64,000 nt of DNA, from NCBI RefSeq assembly GCF_028368995.1, contig NZ_JAQNDL010000004.1, forward strand, positions 544,001 through 608,000. The letters are read 5' to 3'. The DNA comes from Nannocystis bainbridge (GTDB lineage Bacteria > Myxococcota_A > Polyangia > Nannocystales > Nannocystaceae). Below are positions 57,063 through 64,000 of the stretch, piece after piece. The notes under the pieces were generated by a model. That model had not been told where the DNA came from. It did not search any database and worked only from the letters and a program-made list of their open reading frames with translations. How positions within the stretch are numbered: the first letter of the stretch is position 1; the number at the start of each line of letters is the position of its first letter. The position numbers and the translations under genes were made by a program.

Positions 57063-58289
57063 ATGGCAGCAGCTTTGTCGAGGATCGACCCACCGAGCAC
57101 GCCGGGCCTGTTGGCGCTGGCCGACGGGACCCTGTTTCGCGGCCGCGCGCTCGGAGCCCACGGGCGCACGTGCGGCGAAGTCGTGTTCAACACGGCGATG
57201 ACCGGATACCAGGAGGTCGTCTCCGACCCGAGCTATCACCAGCAGATCGTGACGCTGACGGCGGCGCACGTCGGGGTGGTCGGGGTCAACGCGGACGACG
57301 AGGAAGGCCGCGGGCCGCAGGTCGCCGGGCTGGTGGTCCGCGACGCGCCGCGCATGTTCGCGTCGTGGCGCGGGCGCGAGAGCCTGGGGGCGTATCTGCA
57401 GCGCGCGGGGGTGGTGGCGGTGGCGGACATCGACACGCGCCGGCTGACGCACCTGCTGCGCGAGCGCGGGGCGATGGCGGGCTGCGTGGCGGCCGGCGAG
57501 GCGGCCCGCGACGAGGCGGGCTGCGTGGCGGCGGCGCGGGCGTTCCCGGGGCTGCAAGGCGCGGCGCTGGCGGAGGCGGTCAGCGTGCCGGAGCCGGCCG
57601 GGTGGACGGCGGGCTCGGTCCGCTGGCTCGAAGGACATGTTCGTGAGGGCATGTCCGATGCGGCAGGTCCGGAGGGGCATGTTCGTGAGGGCATGTCCCC
57701 GGGGGCAGCCGGGCACGTGGTGGCGTTCGACTTCGGGATCAAGCGCAACATCCTGCGGCTGCTGGTCGACCGCGGGCTGCGGGTGACGGTGGTGCCGGCG
57801 GCGACGACGGCGAGCCAGGCGCTGGCGCTGCGGCCGGACGGGATCTTCCTGTCGAACGGGCCGGGCGATCCGGAGCCGCTGCAGGCCCAGCAGGCGGCGA
57901 TCCGCGAGCTGGTGGCGGCGGGGCTGCCGGTGTTCGGGATCTGCCTCGGGCACCAGCTGCTGTGCCTGGCGCTGGGGGCCCGCACGTTCAAGATGAAGTT
58001 CGGCCACCACGGGGCCAACCACCCGGTGCGCGAGCTGGCGAGCGGGCGGGTGCTGATCACGAGCCAGAACCACGGGTTCGCGGCCGACCCGGCGACGCTG
58101 CCGGCGGCGCTGCGGGCGACGCATGTGTCGCTGTTCGACGGGTCGCTGCAAGGGGTGGAGCTGGCGGATCGGCCAGTGTTCTCGTTCCAGGGCCACCCGG
58201 AGGCGTCGCCGGGGCCGCGCGAGCTGGCGGGGCTGTTCGACAGGTTCGCCCGCGAGGTGAGCGCGGGCCGGACCACGAAGGGGGTGTGA
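57063..58289 (+). CDS. carA: Carbamoyl-phosphate synthase small subunit
   Basis: [40 protein letters not shown]. Confidence 0.96.
   Translation: MAAALSRIDPPSTPGLLALADGTLFRGRALGAHGRTCGEVVFNTAMTGYQEVVSDPSYHQQIVTLTAAHVGVVGVNADDEEGRGPQVAGLVVRDAPRMFASWRGRESLGAYLQRAGVVAVADIDTRRLTHLLRERGAMAGCVAAGEAARDEAGCVAAARAFPGLQGAALAEAVSVPEPAGWTAGSVRWLEGHVREGMSDAAGPEGHVREGMSPGAAGHVVAFDFGIKRNILRLLVDRGLRVTVVPAATTASQALALRPDGIFLSNGPGDPEPLQAQQAAIRELVAAGLPVFGICLGHQLLCLALGARTFKMKFGHHGANHPVRELASGRVLITSQNHGFAADPATLPAALRATHVSLFDGSLQGVELADRPVFSFQGHPEASPGPRELAGLFDRFAREVSAGRTTKGV
57624..57707. repeat. Six 14-bp units (84 bp, 28 codons) inside carA
   Basis: Units at 57624, 57638, 57652, 57666, 57680 and 57694; peptide EGHVREGMS repeated at a 42-bp period. 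Confidence 0.92.
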
Positions 58290-58290
58290 C

Positions 58291-61440
<3,150 letters not shown>

Positions 61441-61480
61441 GCCCGGCGCGCCGCGGTCGTCAGGCCGCGGCGCGAAGGGC

Positions 61481-61632
61481 TGGTCGAGCGGGCAGGTGAC
61501 TGACCGATCGGGCAGGTTCGGCTGTCCGAAGGGGCAGGTGATCCCGCTGGCCGAGCGGGCAGGTGATGCTGGCCGATCGGGCGGGTGAATCGGTGTCCGG
61601 CGTGACGGGTTGTGAGGCTGTCCGAATGGACA
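61481..61632. repeat. Seven spaced 14-bp units (20-25 bp apart) downstream of carB
   Basis: Units at 61481, 61501, 61523, 61548, 61570, 61594 and 61619; six are followed by GGT. Confidence 0.85.
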
Positions 61633-61790
61633 TGTTGTGACTGGCTGACGATCGACGGATGTCGCCGCTCCGCGGCGTCGACGGCGAGCGTTGATGGCTG
61701 GGTGGGCCTGGCTGAAGGGGTTCTGGGCGGGGTGGCGCCGGTTTTGGCGGCAATGTGTATTTTCGCGCGGGGCTCTGGTACGTCCGGGCC

Positions 61791-62600
61791 ATGCAGGAGA
61801 GCCGAGGGTCCCAGAGCGTCGATCCCGAGGAGTTGCGCGCGGCGCTGGGCGAGCCGGGGCGGCTGGGGCTGTACCTGTCGCGCGGGGTCGGGCTCGAGTC
61901 GGAGCGCGGCGAGGGGCAGCCGGAGTTCGTGCGGGTGGCGGTGTTGACGAGCGTGTCACCGCCGGCGCTGGAGGCGAAGCGCATGGCGTGGCGAGCGGCG
62001 GTGGCGGGGCTCGGGGTCGAGTCGCTGCCGGCGATCGCGGGGGTCGAGCTGGTGGCGGCGCGGGCGGGCTCGGCGTGGAGCTGGGTGGGGCCGGAGACGC
62101 GGGCGGCGGTGCTGCGGCTCGCGGTGAGGTCGCTGCTGGCGGCGGAGCCGGAGGTGGCGGTGTTTCACGTCACCGACGAGTTCGGCGGGGGGATGCTGCC
62201 GCGGCTGCAGTCGGGGCGGACGGCCGGAGAGCCGCGCCTGGACGCGCGGCTGCTCGAGCACGTGGTGTTCGCGGCAGTGACATACCGGCTGATGGTCGCG
62301 TCGGGCGAGGCGGTGGTGGTGACGCCGGGCGACGACGAGACATGGTCTTCGAGACAGGTGTTTCCGGAGCACGCGGCGGTGTGGCGGCGAGGGTTGATGG
62401 CGGCGCCGCACGAGGCGCTGGCAGGGCTCGACCTGGCAGCGCTGGCGGAGGCGTTGGTGTGGGCGACGACGACGCGCCGCGGTCGGGCGACGGTGGCGGC
62501 GGGGCCCGTGGCGATCGCTACGGCGGTGGCCGAGGCGGAGGGGCAGCTGCGAGCCCGCTGGACCGACCTGCTGCGCGAGCGCGCGGGCGGGGGCAACTGA
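61791..62600 (+). CDS. Hypothetical protein
   Basis: GC3-biased ORF; no family recognised. Confidence 0.65.
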   Translation: MQESRGSQSVDPEELRAALGEPGRLGLYLSRGVGLESERGEGQPEFVRVAVLTSVSPPALEAKRMAWRAAVAGLGVESLPAIAGVELVAARAGSAWSWVGPETRAAVLRLAVRSLLAAEPEVAVFHVTDEFGGGMLPRLQSGRTAGEPRLDARLLEHVVFAAVTYRLMVASGEAVVVTPGDDETWSSRQVFPEHAAVWRRGLMAAPHEALAGLDLAALAEALVWATTTRRGRATVAAGPVAIATAVAEAEGQLRARWTDLLRERAGGGN

Positions 62601-62740
62601 GGCGCGCGGCGAGAGGGTGCGGGAGAGATCGATGGCGGCGCGGCGGCGGCGATGCGGTGTGACAGCGGTGCTCGCAAGCTCCGGCAAATTCGCGCTGTGA
62701 CCGCCGCTGGACGGGGCCGGATCCCGCGAGTAGCCTGAAG

Positions 62741-63499
62741 ATGATGGATGCGCGACTCGGGCAGGGCTTCGGATGGGCGGTGGCGTGTCCGGCGACGGCC
62801 GAGGAGGCCGCTGCGCGCCATGTGGAGGGGCTCTGGGCGTCGTTCTTCCCGCCGGCCGCGGGCTACGCGGTGACACGATCGGAGGTGGTGTCGGTGCCCG
62901 AGCCGGCGCCGTCGCGCGCGCGCGCGCAGCAGCCGGGGATGCGGCTGCTGGTGCGACGCGGTGATTTCTGCGGCGAGGTGGAGGTGGCGGCGACGACGGG
63001 GCCGCGTCGCTCGCGGCTGTGGCTGCGTGGGTACGCGGGCTCGCAGCGGCTGGCGGCGGTCGAGCTGCGAGCGGCCCGCGCGACCGACCGCCTGCGCCTG
63101 GCGGGCTCGCTGGCGGGGGCGTCGGCCCTGCTGGTGCTGTGCGTGGAGCTGATGACGCACCCGCCCGGGTTCACGGTCGACATGATGTTCTTCCTCGGCG
63201 GGCTGCTGGTGGCGGTGATCATGGTGGTGGGGCTGGCGATCGGAGCGAACGTCGGCTCGTGGTTCGGCGAGCGCCAGGCGGTGACGGGCTGGGTCCGGGC
63301 GCTGGCGCTGGTCGAACGCGACGCGGCCCTGCGCGAGGACCTGCGCCGCTGGCGTTCGCTGGTGAAGAACCTGGCCCACTACCGCGACGCGCTGGCGGGT
63401 TCGAGCCGCCGCCAGCCGTTCCGCGCGCTCAGCCCGGGGGCGGAAGAGGACGAGGCGGAGCTGGCCGAAGAGACAGGGGCGGCGCGGGCGGCCGGTTGA
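62741..63499 (+). CDS. Hypothetical membrane protein (two TM helices)
   Basis: Hydrophobic segments LAGASALLVLCV and MFFLGGLLVAVIMVVGLAIG. Confidence 0.7.
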   Translation: MMDARLGQGFGWAVACPATAEEAAARHVEGLWASFFPPAAGYAVTRSEVVSVPEPAPSRARAQQPGMRLLVRRGDFCGEVEVAATTGPRRSRLWLRGYAGSQRLAAVELRAARATDRLRLAGSLAGASALLVLCVELMTHPPGFTVDMMFFLGGLLVAVIMVVGLAIGANVGSWFGERQAVTGWVRALALVERDAALREDLRRWRSLVKNLAHYRDALAGSSRRQPFRALSPGAEEDEAELAEETGAARAAG

Positions 63500-63727
63500 G
63501 GCTGCGTCGGTTCGTTGCTGAAGTCGCGCCGACCGAGCGTGCGCCATGAGCCGGTGGGCGAAGGTCGAGGTGAGCGCGGTGTGAGGCCATCGAGCTGGCG
63601 GAGGCTGCGTCAGTGGGGGCCGGGCGAGGCGCCATGGGCGGATGGGGTGACAGACGACGGAAGCACGCGGGAGTGCTCGGCGGCTGGCGAAAGCTTCAGG
63701 CAGATGCGGAAGCTCGTCGGCCCGAGA

Positions 63728-63825
63728 TGGCTGCAAAAGAATGTCTATAGGGACATGTCGTCAGAGACATGTCTCTAAAATAATGTCGTTATGGACATGT
63801 CAATATGGACATGTCCTTCGGGGAC
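63728..63825. repeat. Seven 14-bp units, the longest array in the window
   Basis: TG starts at 63728, 63742, 63756, 63770, 63784, 63798 and 63812. Confidence 0.92.
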
Positions 63826-63831
63826 GCTGTG

Positions 63832-63999
63832 TCAGGGTCCGTCGGGCTGGGGGGTGACCTTGAGCTGGACGTGGACGATCGGGAGGGGGCCGGTCGACTG
63901 CCAGCGCTGGCCGTCGTGGCTGGTGTCGGGGCCGGGGACGATGTCGACGAGCTCGACGAGGTAGTCGTCGAGGGTAAAGGCCGCGGGGCTGTCCGGGCG
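63832..63999 (-). CDS. 3' end of a CDS running off the window
   Basis: RPDSPAAFTLDDYLVELVDIVPG...LKVTPQPDGP* with near-complete GC3. Confidence 0.65.
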   Translation of the reverse strand, partial: RPDSPAAFTLDDYLVELVDIVPGPDTSHDGQRWQSTGPLPIVHVQLKVTPQPDGP

Positions 64000-64000
64000 C

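Noticed and set aside
63751-63816. p53-like half sites (RRRCATGYYY) at array junctions
   Set aside because: They arise automatically where two TGTC-N6-GACA units abut; isolated copies lack the CATG centre, so the gapped unit is primary.

Overview
Very GC-rich DNA. The gene content (MYXO-CTERM-like tails, Thr-rich lipoproteins, DUF2330, PAS-STAS, an MXAN_6640-type protease) points to a myxobacterium, Nannocystis-like by inference. About 45 CDS are supported: recQ, a heme-uptake operon (hmuT-U-V plus HmuY) divergent from a Cys-less rpsD paralog with two Fur-like boxes, a PPIase/HupE/DUF3604 operon, GTP-dependent PEP carboxykinase, an Rpn-like gene, and a mosaic arginine cluster (argF'-G-E-B/A-C-H, argD, carAB). 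No rRNA, tRNA, CRISPR array or intact IS was seen. The main unexplained signal is a 14-bp bipartite palindrome, TGTC-N6-GACA (extended ACMTGTC-N6-GACAKGT), found by eye at roughly 50-60 loci. It occurs as single units, as head-to-tail arrays with an exact 14-bp period (up to 7 units) between convergent genes, and inside CDSs via rare codons or in-frame loop insertions. Where such segments lie inside operons they form short ORFs overlapping the upstream stop and downstream start, flanked by near-duplicates of the RBS/start junction. All assignments come from reading motifs by eye; no database search was run, and many start codons are estimates.
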